IMG/VR virus record: IMGVR_UViG_3300033069_000781
Span: 1 to 64,000 of that record
Direction: 5' to 3' (one strand)
From: a virus
Taxonomy: Duplodnaviria > Caudoviricetes
Length of the DNA stretch: 64,000 bases
The notes beneath the pieces are model-generated. The model was not told the DNA's origin. It saw only the letters and a program-made list of their open reading frames with translations, and did no database searches. Shown piece after piece: positions 27,031 to 37,996 of this stretch. Numbering within the stretch: the stretch's first letter is position 1; each line of letters starts with the position of its first letter. The translations under genes were made by a program, and so were the position numbers.

Positions 27031-27846
27031 ATGGACCAAGGTCTCGTAGTTGTAAATAAAATCAAACCAATTCAGGGCCTTGTCATATACGAGGGACCCT
27101 CTTTACTGGATAGTAATCCAATAGTAGCCATTGCTACAGGATTTCAGAATCGTAGTACCAATCGTAAGACTGGAGCAATGATTCAAATCTTCATTATTTG
27201 TCAGGAACAGAAACCAACCTCAGCCTGGGCTAGTAATGCCTATAAAACAGTCTGTGGTGATTGTAAGCATGGGCATGCCCACGGTAATAGTTGTTATGTA
27301 GATCTAGCCCGGGATGGGGTCAATGGGGTCTGGGCCGCTTATCAGCGTGGATCCTACATGAACTTAGGTCCAGCCCTACTCCATATGTTCGAAGGGGAAT
27401 CAGTTAGGTTTGGAGCCTATGGAGATCCCGCAGCTGTTCCCTATCATGTCTGGGATCCTATCCTAGAGATATTAAAGAGAACTGGAGGTCTATGGACCTC
27501 ATATACGCATCAATGGAAGAATTGCGATTCCTCGTATAAGGATTTCTGTGTAGCTTCAGTAGATAGTCTTCAGGAACTACAAGAAGCTAGATCAATGGGT
27601 TGGAGAACCTTCCGAACCATAACAGATCAGGATGTACTACAAAAAGGTGAGTTTAATTGCCCCGCCACAGATGAGGCTTGGCTCAGAACAGGCCGCAAGG
27701 TACAATGTATAGATTGCGGAGCCTGTAATGGTATAGCTGATAAATCTGTTAAAAGAGGATCAGCTGCCATACTAGTTCATGGTACTAAATGGAAAGTCCA
27801 AAACTATATTACCCTAAGGAATCAGACCGAATTAGTGCATGTATGA
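27031..27846 (+). CDS. conserved Cys-rich phage protein (possibly Fe-S binding)
   Basis: NRKTG.MIQ, VCGDC.H, CYV, RFG.YGDPAAVP, YTHQW, CPA and C..CGACNG motifs. Confidence 0.7.
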   Translation: MDQGLVVVNKIKPIQGLVIYEGPSLLDSNPIVAIATGFQNRSTNRKTGAMIQIFIICQEQKPTSAWASNAYKTVCGDCKHGHAHGNSCYVDLARDGVNGVWAAYQRGSYMNLGPALLHMFEGESVRFGAYGDPAAVPYHVWDPILEILKRTGGLWTSYTHQWKNCDSSYKDFCVASVDSLQELQEARSMGWRTFRTITDQDVLQKGEFNCPATDEAWLRTGRKVQCIDCGACNGIADKSVKRGSAAILVHGTKWKVQNYITLRNQTELVHV

Positions 27847-29354
27847 GCAATGTCGTAATACAAAGATCAGGTAATCTACTATCAATAGAGACTGATCCTG
27901 AATTGAATAATAGATTAGTTCCTGTGCTGGACTCCTTGCTATCATATAGCCATCGAACCTGGTTCCAAGGAATGGATCTATTTAATAGACAGCAGCAGAA
28001 GAGACATTTCCCGCAATCTATCCTGAGGCCTGAGTTTGAGGATCAGGTTCGTAGATTATACGAAACTATTGAAGGCAAGATCTATTGTAGTGCTGGGCTC
28101 AAATCAAAGATCATTAGAGCCCTAGAGGTACTCAAGTTATCTTACGTCTACGAAGATTTAAGGCGAGATGTATTACCACCAGCGGATTACTCTAGATTAC
28201 TAGATATACCTGATTTAAACTTCAGGTATAGACAGGAAGAGGTAATCACTACAATTGACTGCGCCGAAGGCGGCTTAATCAATGTTCCCACTGGTTACGG
28301 TAAAACTCACATAATGACCCTTCTATGTAAGCTTTACCCTCGCTCTAGAATAGCTTGTATGAGTCCGGGTTTAGATCTCATCAAGAGTACATATGAACGA
28401 TTAAACTCAGTTATACCTGGAGATGTCGGTAGAATAGGCGGTGGGTTCTATGAACCCGAGAGAAGAGTAATTCTATGCTCAGCAGATTCAATACATAGAT
28501 TGGATATGTCTAAGATGTCGCTCATTATTTGCGATGAGGTCCACGCCTTCGCTACAACTGAGAGATCTATTGCTTTATGTGCTCAGTATACAGAAGCCAA
28601 AATGTTTGGGCTATCTGCCTCTCTGAACTCTAGGGCCGATGGGGCCGACGCTATACTAGAAGCGATCTTTGGTCCCATTCTACTAACCATAACATATGGC
28701 GAGGCAGCGGAAGCTGGAGTTGTATCAGCAATTAATACCAGAATGGTTTCGGTACCCCCAGCCTTTGGTCACCCTGTATTGGGGACCAACGCTGTCAGTA
28801 ATAAACGATTAGGTTATTGGCAGAATAAAATTCGAAATCAAGTAATAGCTAAGACTTGTGCCGATGCTATCAAGGAAGTTGAATCTGAGGATATCGCGGA
28901 GCCCCAGATCTTAGTAATGGTTGATACGGTGGAGCATGTCTTTGAATTAAAGCGCTATCTACCCGACTATGAAGTAGTCTACGCTAACATGAGCGATGAT
29001 TTGAGGGCTAAACTACTCAAAGCTGGTTTAATTACTCCAGACGAGATCATGACCCCTGAGAGACGTTCTGAGCTTCTGAAGAGGTTTGAAAAGGGTAAGC
29101 TAAAGAAGGTTATAGCAAATCATTGCTGGAAGCAAGGAATTGATCCGATCCATCTAAATATCTTTGTTAGGGCCGATGGAGGAACCTCTGAGATAGCTGG
29201 TATACAATTACCTGGTAGGTTAAGTCGAGTAACCAACGCAAAGAAAGAAGGGTTACTCATAGACTTCTGGGATGAGTGGGATAACTGGGCTCTAAATAGA
29301 TCAAAGAAACGCAAAGCTTCCTATAAGAAAAATGGATTCAATTTGATCGATTAG
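27843..29354 (+). CDS. SF2 helicase (UvsW-like)
   Basis: PTGYGKT, DEVH, SAS, QGID and Q.PGR..R motifs; ATG 27843 overlaps the upstream stop. Confidence 0.88.
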   Translation: MSNVVIQRSGNLLSIETDPELNNRLVPVLDSLLSYSHRTWFQGMDLFNRQQQKRHFPQSILRPEFEDQVRRLYETIEGKIYCSAGLKSKIIRALEVLKLSYVYEDLRRDVLPPADYSRLLDIPDLNFRYRQEEVITTIDCAEGGLINVPTGYGKTHIMTLLCKLYPRSRIACMSPGLDLIKSTYERLNSVIPGDVGRIGGGFYEPERRVILCSADSIHRLDMSKMSLIICDEVHAFATTERSIALCAQYTEAKMFGLSASLNSRADGADAILEAIFGPILLTITYGEAAEAGVVSAINTRMVSVPPAFGHPVLGTNAVSNKRLGYWQNKIRNQVIAKTCADAIKEVESEDIAEPQILVMVDTVEHVFELKRYLPDYEVVYANMSDDLRAKLLKAGLITPDEIMTPERRSELLKRFEKGKLKKVIANHCWKQGIDPIHLNIFVRADGGTSEIAGIQLPGRLSRVTNAKKEGLLIDFWDEWDNWALNRSKKRKASYKKNGFNLID

Positions 29355-29361
29355 ATAATCA

Positions 29362-29907
29362 ATGGTTACTGACCGCAAAATAAATGAGTTAAAGGCTCAC
29401 TATACAGCTTTTAGACAAAAGCAATTTCCTCAATTCAGACTTGATGAAAATAAGTGGCCCTATCAATTTTGGGTTGATGTAGCCACTATAATAGATAGGG
29501 TAGGAACTACACCTAAGGAATACGTTAAATCTGTATTTGATAAGTATGGTAATGGTTCCTCGGCCCCACCACCAAATTTCTTAAAGGCTAAACCCATAGT
29601 TGAATTATGGGAGTCAGGGGCTTTTAAGTCCGCAGAAAGAGAGGAGGCTAGACAGAGTATTAAATTAATGGTTTCACTATTTAACTCCTATATAGCCTCC
29701 GGTAGATCCGCCGAGGCAACTATTAAAGATCACACTCTATATCTTAATGACCTCATGAGGTATGTCTGTGCCTACAACAATCAGCTCTATGATTTAGCTA
29801 ATGTATATTTAGCTGGAGCTACACAGTTTGTGAACACCTTCCCTGTCTATCTAGAACTACTGGGTAAGTTGTTACCGGAAGAGTTTAAGCGAGGTGTAAT
29901 TGTATAA
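29362..29907 (+). CDS. hypothetical protein
   Basis: Lies between the helicase genes in an operon. Confidence 0.7.
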   Translation: MVTDRKINELKAHYTAFRQKQFPQFRLDENKWPYQFWVDVATIIDRVGTTPKEYVKSVFDKYGNGSSAPPPNFLKAKPIVELWESGAFKSAEREEARQSIKLMVSLFNSYIASGRSAEATIKDHTLYLNDLMRYVCAYNNQLYDLANVYLAGATQFVNTFPVYLELLGKLLPEEFKRGVIV

Positions 29908-31342
29908 TCAATTAGCCCCTCAACAACAATTCAATCAGGACTGGCAGGCCGTGGTAACTACCAAGTTTACAACGGCTCAGTTAGATCTGATCTTGATCCA
30001 TCTGATTAGATCCCCTAAGGTAGCGTTAGCTGCCCTAAACAAACTAAAGCCTGACCTGTTCAATCAGCCCTTAGAAGATGCTTACAAATTGATATGGGGA
30101 ATAGCCCATAATTACTACTTAACCTATAATCACTGCATATCTCCACTATCACTAGCTACCGAGATAGATAAATGCATGGGTCAGGACTATAACTTATCTA
30201 TTCAGAGAGAAAAGATCCTGGGATTACTGGAATGGATGTTCAGGGTCGATGATACCTTACTAGCTCCTGAGTATGTACTAAAGGAATTGGTCCAGCCATT
30301 CCTGGATGAGAGGGCAGTAGCCCCAGCGGTTGCTACCTTTAGTGGCAAACCAATTGAGTACTTAGATGAATTAACTAAGGTAGTCAGTAATACCAGAGTA
30401 ACTACAACTCAGGCCATTAAGCTCTTTGATACTACCAGAGAATCCTTGGATCAGGAGGTAATGCTACCGAGTCCAACCGGATCGGCTGTGTTTGATTACA
30501 TGACTGACGGTGGAGCCCGTAAGTCACATACCACTGGGATACTGGCCCCATTTGGTGGCGGTAAGACTGGACTCTGTATTGATATATGTGTCAATAACGC
30601 TAAGCAGAAGAAACGGACCCTATTCCTACAATATGAGGAAGATCTGGAAGTAGCTATCCAGCCCAGGATCTGGAGTGCTGCCACGGGTCTCCCTGTCAAG
30701 TTACTATTTGAGACTAAGTATAAGGATCTACCCACTGAAGCTAAGACTAAGATTAAGGAGTATGAATATCTAAATGATTACCTCATCTGTATACCAATGC
30801 AGGGCGGCAATAATGGCTGTGGAGGTATGCGAGAAGTGGGATCGATTCTACATGATTATGCTTCTATGGGCACTCCAATTGAACTAATCTGTTTGGATTG
30901 GCTTGGGGCCATGATCAAGCGGTACGCTGCTGCCAATAATCTCTCGTACCAGGAGTATATGTATTCACTCTATAGCGAGATGCTGACCCTAGCTCGCTAT
31001 AACATTGCTAATGATAATAAATGTGAGTTAGTGATTACTCACCAATTAAACGGTGATGCAGGTAAGAGGGGTCCAGCTTCAAGAAGTTCAATGTATGATG
31101 CATCTGAGTTCAAGAAATTCGCTGAAATGTTTAACACCTGTATCATTATCGGTAAGGCGGACCCAAATGGTATAGCCTCTATCTATACTGATAAGAACAG
31201 AGGTATATCAGCTGACACCCACATGAGAATCAGATCTGATGTCTGTAAATTTGATTTGCTTAATGATCACATGATCCCGAGCAGTGATGCTCATGGTCGA
31301 ATAACTTTCGTTAACCCCGGTGAAGTAGAATTGAGTATGTAG
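29900..31342 (+). CDS. dnaB: replicative DnaB-like helicase
   Basis: APFGGGKT, LDWL, THQLN and DKNR motifs. Confidence 0.75.
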   Translation: MYNQLAPQQQFNQDWQAVVTTKFTTAQLDLILIHLIRSPKVALAALNKLKPDLFNQPLEDAYKLIWGIAHNYYLTYNHCISPLSLATEIDKCMGQDYNLSIQREKILGLLEWMFRVDDTLLAPEYVLKELVQPFLDERAVAPAVATFSGKPIEYLDELTKVVSNTRVTTTQAIKLFDTTRESLDQEVMLPSPTGSAVFDYMTDGGARKSHTTGILAPFGGGKTGLCIDICVNNAKQKKRTLFLQYEEDLEVAIQPRIWSAATGLPVKLLFETKYKDLPTEAKTKIKEYEYLNDYLICIPMQGGNNGCGGMREVGSILHDYASMGTPIELICLDWLGAMIKRYAAANNLSYQEYMYSLYSEMLTLARYNIANDNKCELVITHQLNGDAGKRGPASRSSMYDASEFKKFAEMFNTCIIIGKADPNGIASIYTDKNRGISADTHMRIRSDVCKFDLLNDHMIPSSDAHGRITFVNPGEVELSM

Positions 31343-31344
31343 TA

Positions 31345-31668
31345 ATGTTGAAATTGAATAGATGGTATAAAGACTTAGCCCCAAGTGAGCACTGTGGATG
31401 GCGTAAGGTTTTGAAATTAGCTGAAGGTAAACTCTATATTTATATTAGGCAACGATTAAGCGGTACCTGGAACTACGATGTCTACTGGTATAGATCTGAC
31501 ATCAATCAGGACAGGATAGTAACAGGTAGGAACGAGTACTGGGAAAACCTCAATGCTGTAGTAGTTAATATACTAAGTGAGTGCCAAATCTATTTTGATA
31601 ATGAGCCGTATAAAATGAAGTTAGAACGAAATGTATACCAGATCGCTCAGGAGAGGTTTACTTATTAA
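31345..31668 (+). CDS. hypothetical protein
   Basis: Packed in an operon. Confidence 0.6.
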   Translation: MLKLNRWYKDLAPSEHCGWRKVLKLAEGKLYIYIRQRLSGTWNYDVYWYRSDINQDRIVTGRNEYWENLNAVVVNILSECQIYFDNEPYKMKLERNVYQIAQERFTY

Positions 31669-31726
31669 TGTTAGAATTTTTCATAGTTAAACTTAGAGAT
31701 ATAGATCCTAATCCAAATGTAATCTA

Positions 31727-32947
31727 ATGCTAAACCCATTCCTGTATGACAAACTAACCAAGGCTTGCTATAAAGGTATGCCGAAAGGGCTCGGGGGTGG
31801 GAAGGTTCTCATTAAGGACCAGGGCGCTAACCTACAGGGTTCCTATGTAATGGACTATGCCCAAACCCCACCCCGTAAGAAATTGAACATTGTTGCCTGG
31901 GGTGAGACCTATAGGGTTTGTTGTCCCTATTGCTCCGATACCCGCCATAGGCTCTACATTAATCATAGATGGAATGAGAGAGACCCAGAAACTAAGTCAA
32001 TGAATAGGGGGCTAATTCATTGCTTCAATGAGAACTGCGAGAAGTTACCTGACTTCTATGATGATTTAGTCTCACGACTAGATGTACTGCAGAATATGCT
32101 TGGCAAGCGTAATGCGGCACCGATCATTACTAATATTAATCAGGTCCCTAAGCCAATTAATTGGCCAGGTGAAATGATTAAGCTTAGCCAGTTATCCGAT
32201 CTACATCCCGCTAAGGTCTATCTAAAGAAAGAGAACTTTAATCCCGATCACTTAGAGAGTAACTTCAATGTGCAGTGGTGTCAGGATTCTAATCTAGTTC
32301 AGGCCCGTCACCGACTAGTTGTGCCCGTCTATCACAATAAAGAATTAATGGGATGGCAGGCTAGATATGTAGACATGAATGGGGATGGCAACTGTTCGGA
32401 TCTCTATCTCTGTCAGAACCGTTTATGCCAGTACCAATGGCGATTTAGTTCCGAAGGTAAACCTAAGGCTTGTCCCAGTTGTGCCTACTCAGAGGTCCCA
32501 CCCCAACCAGTAGTGAAATGGTACACATCCCCAGGTGCTCACTTTGCCTCCTTACTCCTGAACTATGATAACGCGAGGGCCTGGCCCTTTGTTGTAGTAA
32601 TGGAGGGCCCCAAGGATGTCTGGAGACTTGGAACACCCAAGAGACAAGCCGAACCGGGACCAGGGGTCTGTGTGTTCAAGCATATTCTATCCCAGCCCCA
32701 GTTAGTTAGATTACTGCCATGGCAGAAATCTAATGGTCCTATATTTCTATGTTTCGATGATGATGTCTTCGAGAAAACTATCACTCAAGCTAATGCTTTG
32801 AGGCCCCATTTCCCGGGCGGTGTAATTCCAGTTAGATTACCAACTGGTAAGGATCCAGGTGATATGAATCACAAAGAGTTATGGAACTCCATCCGAGCAG
32901 CGGCCACGGAATATAAATGTGGACTATTTGAGGAGTATAAAATCTAA
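31727..32947 (+). CDS. dnaG: DNA primase (Zn finger plus TOPRIM)
   Basis: CPYC.D..RLY, HCFN, GWQAR, EGPKD, FDDD and KDPGD motifs. Confidence 0.85.
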   Translation: MLNPFLYDKLTKACYKGMPKGLGGGKVLIKDQGANLQGSYVMDYAQTPPRKKLNIVAWGETYRVCCPYCSDTRHRLYINHRWNERDPETKSMNRGLIHCFNENCEKLPDFYDDLVSRLDVLQNMLGKRNAAPIITNINQVPKPINWPGEMIKLSQLSDLHPAKVYLKKENFNPDHLESNFNVQWCQDSNLVQARHRLVVPVYHNKELMGWQARYVDMNGDGNCSDLYLCQNRLCQYQWRFSSEGKPKACPSCAYSEVPPQPVVKWYTSPGAHFASLLLNYDNARAWPFVVVMEGPKDVWRLGTPKRQAEPGPGVCVFKHILSQPQLVRLLPWQKSNGPIFLCFDDDVFEKTITQANALRPHFPGGVIPVRLPTGKDPGDMNHKELWNSIRAAATEYKCGLFEEYKI

Positions 32948-33291
32948 TGGATTACTACAGACCGCCCATATATGAAGTTGATTCATCGATCTATTTCTAT
33001 GAGTGTGATGATCCTCGAAGATTGTTGCATACTAATGAGTCATTACCACTGACTATGCGGTATCTAGAGAATAGACCACATATCCTGCAATACTATCCAA
33101 TAAAGAAATCATTACCTTATATGAATCATAAGGGCATTACTATGTGTGATGCATTACCACAAATTAAACAATGGACGAACAACCCATACAACCTGACACC
33201 AGAAACCGATCCATACGACCAACTAACAATGATGGATCCTCCATGGCAGCCACCATGGCACCAAACATTGGGCCACTACAGAGTGAGATGA
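32947..33291 (+). CDS. hypothetical protein
   Basis: TAATG overlap with the primase stop. Confidence 0.55.
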   Translation: MDYYRPPIYEVDSSIYFYECDDPRRLLHTNESLPLTMRYLENRPHILQYYPIKKSLPYMNHKGITMCDALPQIKQWTNNPYNLTPETDPYDQLTMMDPPWQPPWHQTLGHYRVR

Positions 33292-33520
33292 TTGCTTTTA
33301 TGGAAGAGGCAGTAAAAATAGTTGGGTCTTGGCCTAAATGGAAGAGGGAGGTATTTCGTGGAAAAGCAAAACCCAGTACCTAGATCCAAACTAACTGAAA
33401 GCGAACTAGAAGCTAAAGATAAAGCCTTTATGGCCCACTTAGAGTATGCCTCAAAGATAGTTCAGTCATGGCCTGCATGGAAACAGGAGATATTAGGCGG
33501 TAAAGCAACAATAAGACAGA

Positions 33521-36093
33521 ATGAAACAGATAAACATCAATATAAGCTCTGGGAGTAATGAAGAAGAATACATAGATCCAGATAATATCGAAATTAGTAT
33601 AAATGGTAGAACAGTTAAGGCCGAATTACCCGATCTAGGTGATTCACTAGATCAAAGTAGCACTGATAGTGATTATATTAGCATTCGTGAGCTTCTCGAT
33701 AATCTTCCAAATGAGTCAATAAAACTACCTGCTGTAGATAATAAAGAAGCCATAGTCCTAGCTCCTCCTATTGGCGGAATAATTTACAGAGGTTCCCAGT
33801 TAATGGATATGCCTCTAGCTAAGTTTGTTGATTTGGTTCTATATAATCAAATCAACTTACCACTAGATGAGAAGTCCACGGAAATAGTTAAGTTTATTCC
33901 GGGGCATACTGTGGCTGGAACAATTGGGCCCTCTAGTCAGTGTGATGTACTAGTTCTAGGTAAGATGCCTAACACCCAGGAATCAAACTATGGGCAATTT
34001 CATCCAGATAAGATAGGGAATGTATGGAAGCCTTATCTCAAGGCTAAAGGGCTCAATATTGATAATTGGTTCCTTTACTGTGTTGTACCATTTAAGGTAC
34101 CGGACCATTTAGCTGGTAAAGGTGCCCTAAAGCAATGCTATCTTAATGAGACCTACTGCTTACTCAGTGAGGTCTACGCCCGAGTCAAGCCTAAGTTTGT
34201 GTTATGCTTCGGTGCTGATGCTCTAACTGCTCTCTATAAACTCTTTGACGCCAAGAAGTATAAGTCAATTAAGTTCACTAACTCTAGGGGATCAGTCATA
34301 ACCTTACCGGATGGTACCAAGGTTATTTGCTGTAACTCACCTGGTATGATCCTCAAGGATCCAAACCAAACCGAGGAGTTCAATAAAGATTTAGACCTAC
34401 TAGTTGAAGTAATCGGGACCGGGGGAACCTCGGAACGTAGGCTTAGTTGTGGTTATCAGCTCATAGATACCTGGGAGAAATTAGAGACCTATGTATATGC
34501 AGAGCAGAAGTTTCAGTCCCAAGGTAAACACAAGAAGTACTCATTGGATATGGAATGGGGCGCTAACGAAACCCTAAGAACAATTCAATTAGCTACCTCT
34601 AATGACTATGCTACTGTTATTCACTTAAGTAGCGTAAACTTAGAACCAACCGAGCTAGGTAAAGACTTATCCAATGTATTGCGTATACTGGGATTAATAC
34701 TTAAACCCAAGGGAATTGGTATTGTTGGGCATAACGTTAGGGGAGATATCAAGATCTTGAGACGTATGGGTCTCGATCTAATGCCTAACTTCATCGATGA
34801 TGGTTTTGACACCATGATCTCGTATCACCTAATACCTGGCAATGAGACCTTAGATAAGCAATTAGAGTTAGTGGCTATCAAGATGCTTAATGTCGGCAGA
34901 TACGATAAGCCATTAAGGGATTGGCTTGCCCAGTCCGGTATGTCAGAGAAGGATAAGGAACTTCTAGGTTATGGCACTATTCCAGATGAGATCTTGATTC
35001 CATATGGTGCCATGGATGCTTGTGTTTCCTATGAGCTCTATGAAGTAATCAGTAAAGAGCTACCTAAGTATCCCAAGCTTGAAGAGCTTTATTACAAATA
35101 TCAACATGTCCTGAATCTACCCATCCTAGAGATGGAAGAGGGTGGCATGCTGATAGATCAGTTAAGACTCAAGGATCTCACCAGACTCTTCCAGACCAAG
35201 GTAGCTGAACTACTCCTAGAGTTGCAACGTAAGGTTAACTGGGAAGCCAGAACTGTTATAGAAGAGAAGACAGTCCGCAATAAGACTAAGACTGTCGCGG
35301 TCTCCTATGATGGGTTTAATCCAGATAGCCCCGATCAACTCAAAGAGATCTTGTTCGGTATGTTTAAGGAGAAGAAGGGTGTTATTACCCGCAAGGCTCC
35401 GCAGGATGCATTAATCCTTAATCTAGTTCCAGTGAAGGCTACCGATGATACGCCATGGATGGATGTAATGGCCAAAGGTAAACAGGCCTCTTATAGCCCA
35501 TCAACGGATTCTGAGTCCCTAGGCATCCTCTCATCAGAACATCCATTAGCTAAAGATATACAGAGATATAAGTTTGTATCGCAGATCACTAAGAACTTCT
35601 TGAGGCCCTTTGAGGAATTGCCCGATGGTACCACTGTTTATGATAGTGGACTAGGTGGTTCAATTGGCCCAGATGGTAGATCTAGGACTAGCTTTAGAAC
35701 CGTACTAGAGACGGGTAGGTACTCTACATCCCCCAACTTCAATAACCTACCTAAGAAGCAAGAGAAAGAACTACAGGCTCTATTTACTAGTAATGGAGTA
35801 GTGAATCCTGGACTCAAATCAATTAAATCAGTATTCATTGCTGATCCCGGTTGGGTCTTTATCGAGAGCGATTATAACCAAGCAGAATTGTGGACACTAG
35901 CGTACGTTTCCAGGGATAAACAGTTCTTAACTGCACTGACTAGCTCAGATTTACACACCTATAATCTACAGAGAATGTTCTCTACTAAGCTATATAATGG
36001 TAAACCTATTAGCGAGTACACTGTAGACGAATTAAATAAAATAAGAAAACAAGTCAGTGAAATAGAAAGCCTTAGAGTAGCCAGCAAGTCGGT
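33521..36093 (+). CDS. polA: DNA polymerase family A, exon 1 (UDG-like N-terminal domain, 3'-5' exonuclease, polymerase motif A)
   Basis: LDME, GHN..GD, DTM and YGAMDA exonuclease motifs; TGRYSTSPNFNNLP; DYNQAEL; DLH; R..SK start of motif B. Confidence 0.92.
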
Positions 36094-37244
36094 AAAATAA
36101 GCCAAATAATTTCAATTTGCTATAATAGAGTTATATGCAACGGGCATGTGCCATTTGTTCTACTTTATTCGAAGTTTACCACTACACCAATAAGTGCTGT
36201 AGTGATTCCTGTAAGGAGCTATATAGATTAAAGCGTCATAGCTTTAACTGTATAACATGTAATAAAGAGTTTACAGGATCATGTAAGATTCGAAAGTACT
36301 GCAGCCGTGATTGTGCCAATAGTGCCCCAACCCGTATTATTCCTGAGCCTAAGATAGTTCTAGTTTGTATTGATTGTAAATCTGCGATTAAGGCAAAGGT
36401 ATACCGTAAGGTTAAGCGTTGCGCAGCTTGCAGATATAAAATCAAAGGTATTAAAGAGAAGCTTAGGTACAAGAAACTACCAAAGTATGCTAGGAGACCC
36501 AAGTATACTTGTGTGGTATGTAATGAGATCTTTAAATCTGATCGATTGCAGTTCCGTAGGCCTCAATGCAAGGAATGCAGACGTAAACGATCTTATCGAA
36601 ATCAATTAAATCGAGGAAGAATAAAGAATCCAGGAGTTGGTGTAGGCGGTAATCCTCCTACACACGGTCACCTCAGAGGCCCGGCACATCCTAGATACAA
36701 TCCTGACTCTCCTTATCACGGTAAGGATGTTAAGGGATACACTAAGGCATATAGAAAGAAGTGCTTTAAGTGTTACCCAAAGAAATGTGTTGTTTGTAGT
36801 AAAACAAAGCACATTCAGGTACATCACATAAACGCAGTTCGAGATGATTGCAGACCTACTAATCTTGTGCCTTTATGTAGAAAGTGTCATGGCAAAGTAC
36901 ACAGAGGTAAGCCCAGAAAGCCAGAAGATTACATTAATAATCTGAAAGCTATGTGGCCAGCATACGATTCGAAAATAGCAGAAATTGAAATGAGATGCCG
37001 ACTTAAAATTGCGGAAACGAACGAGAAACTCTCACGAATATTAGAGACAACTCGATCTGAAGTATCTCCGTCACAAGAGTTACAGGTGCAGAGCATAGGA
37101 ACTGAAACTCTTACATAAGAGAATATAATGTTCCCACGAGGCCGCGACAATTGTTCATTCATATGAATCATTGAAAATTTATGCCCAACTTACTAGGTGA
37201 CTAGTAGAAGCTTTTGATAAAAAACTAAAGCGAAAAGAAACAAG
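36094..37244 (+). mobile_element. group I intron in the DNA polymerase gene
   Basis: Exon ends GGT and pairs with GCC in P1 (U.G at the splice site); intron ends in G; core AAATTGCGGAA, GAGCATA/TATGCCC (P7) and P9 hairpins; splicing restores KSVSFGIPY. Confidence 0.85.
36135..37118 (+). CDS. intron-encoded HNH homing endonuclease with multiple Zn fingers
   Basis: Several C..C repeats; C..C....IQVHHI....DC...NLVPLCRKCH..VH motif. Confidence 0.88.
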   Translation: MQRACAICSTLFEVYHYTNKCCSDSCKELYRLKRHSFNCITCNKEFTGSCKIRKYCSRDCANSAPTRIIPEPKIVLVCIDCKSAIKAKVYRKVKRCAACRYKIKGIKEKLRYKKLPKYARRPKYTCVVCNEIFKSDRLQFRRPQCKECRRKRSYRNQLNRGRIKNPGVGVGGNPPTHGHLRGPAHPRYNPDSPYHGKDVKGYTKAYRKKCFKCYPKKCVVCSKTKHIQVHHINAVRDDCRPTNLVPLCRKCHGKVHRGKPRKPEDYINNLKAMWPAYDSKIAEIEMRCRLKIAETNEKLSRILETTRSEVSPSQELQVQSIGTETLT

Positions 37245-37842
37245 GTCCTTTGGCATTCCGTATAGCAGAGGTGCGGCGGCTATTGCCCGCGAGATAAAAA
37301 AAGAAGGAGTAACAGTTGATCCAAACGAAGTTAAAGAATGGATCGAGGCCTTCTATACAAACTACCCAGACGTCGCGATCTATCTACAGAACTGTAAAGA
37401 TGCTGTAACTGATCCTGGCTATCTACAGAATCCCTGGGGCAGATATAGATACTTCCCAGTTAGCCAGGATAACGGAGTAATTGCCGGATTCCAGAGAGAG
37501 GCCCTGAACTTCAATATTCAGTCCACAGTTGCAGATACATTAACTGCTGCTTTAATTAACTTCTATTACTACAGACAGATTAGGCCTGAGATTGAGTTCA
37601 AACTATGTCTCTCTAATCATGACGCAATTATCGTGCAATGCCCAGCTAAACATGTCAAAGTTATGTGTGAGGAAGTGATTCCGTTCTGCATGTGTGAGGC
37701 TTGCGAAGTACCAGGTATTGGGTTAAAATATACACTTGGCGAGTTCGATGTATCAACTCGTTGGGGTGAGCATACCACACCAGAAGAACTACTAGCCCTT
37801 GGGGTTGATAGGAAATATTGTGGATTCAAAGAGAAAAAGTGA
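37245..37842 (+). CDS. polA: DNA polymerase family A, exon 2
   Basis: FGIPYSRG, GR.RYF, REALNFNIQSTVAD and HDA (motif C); in frame with the track ORF 37633-37842. Confidence 0.9.
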
Positions 37843-37996
37843 AGCTAACATACAGCGATCAATATTTGTACCAATCAAAGACTATGAATTATGTGAAATT
37901 GATATAAGTGAATTAGAGAAAAGTGTAATTGAGTACTATAGAAAACTTGGTAAGTTGAAAGATTTTTTAGAATCATTTAAGTCAGATTAAAGAATT

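Noticed and set aside
33521-36100. Truncated polymerase pseudogene
   Set aside because: The missing motifs B and C are intact downstream, and group I splice signals explain the break.
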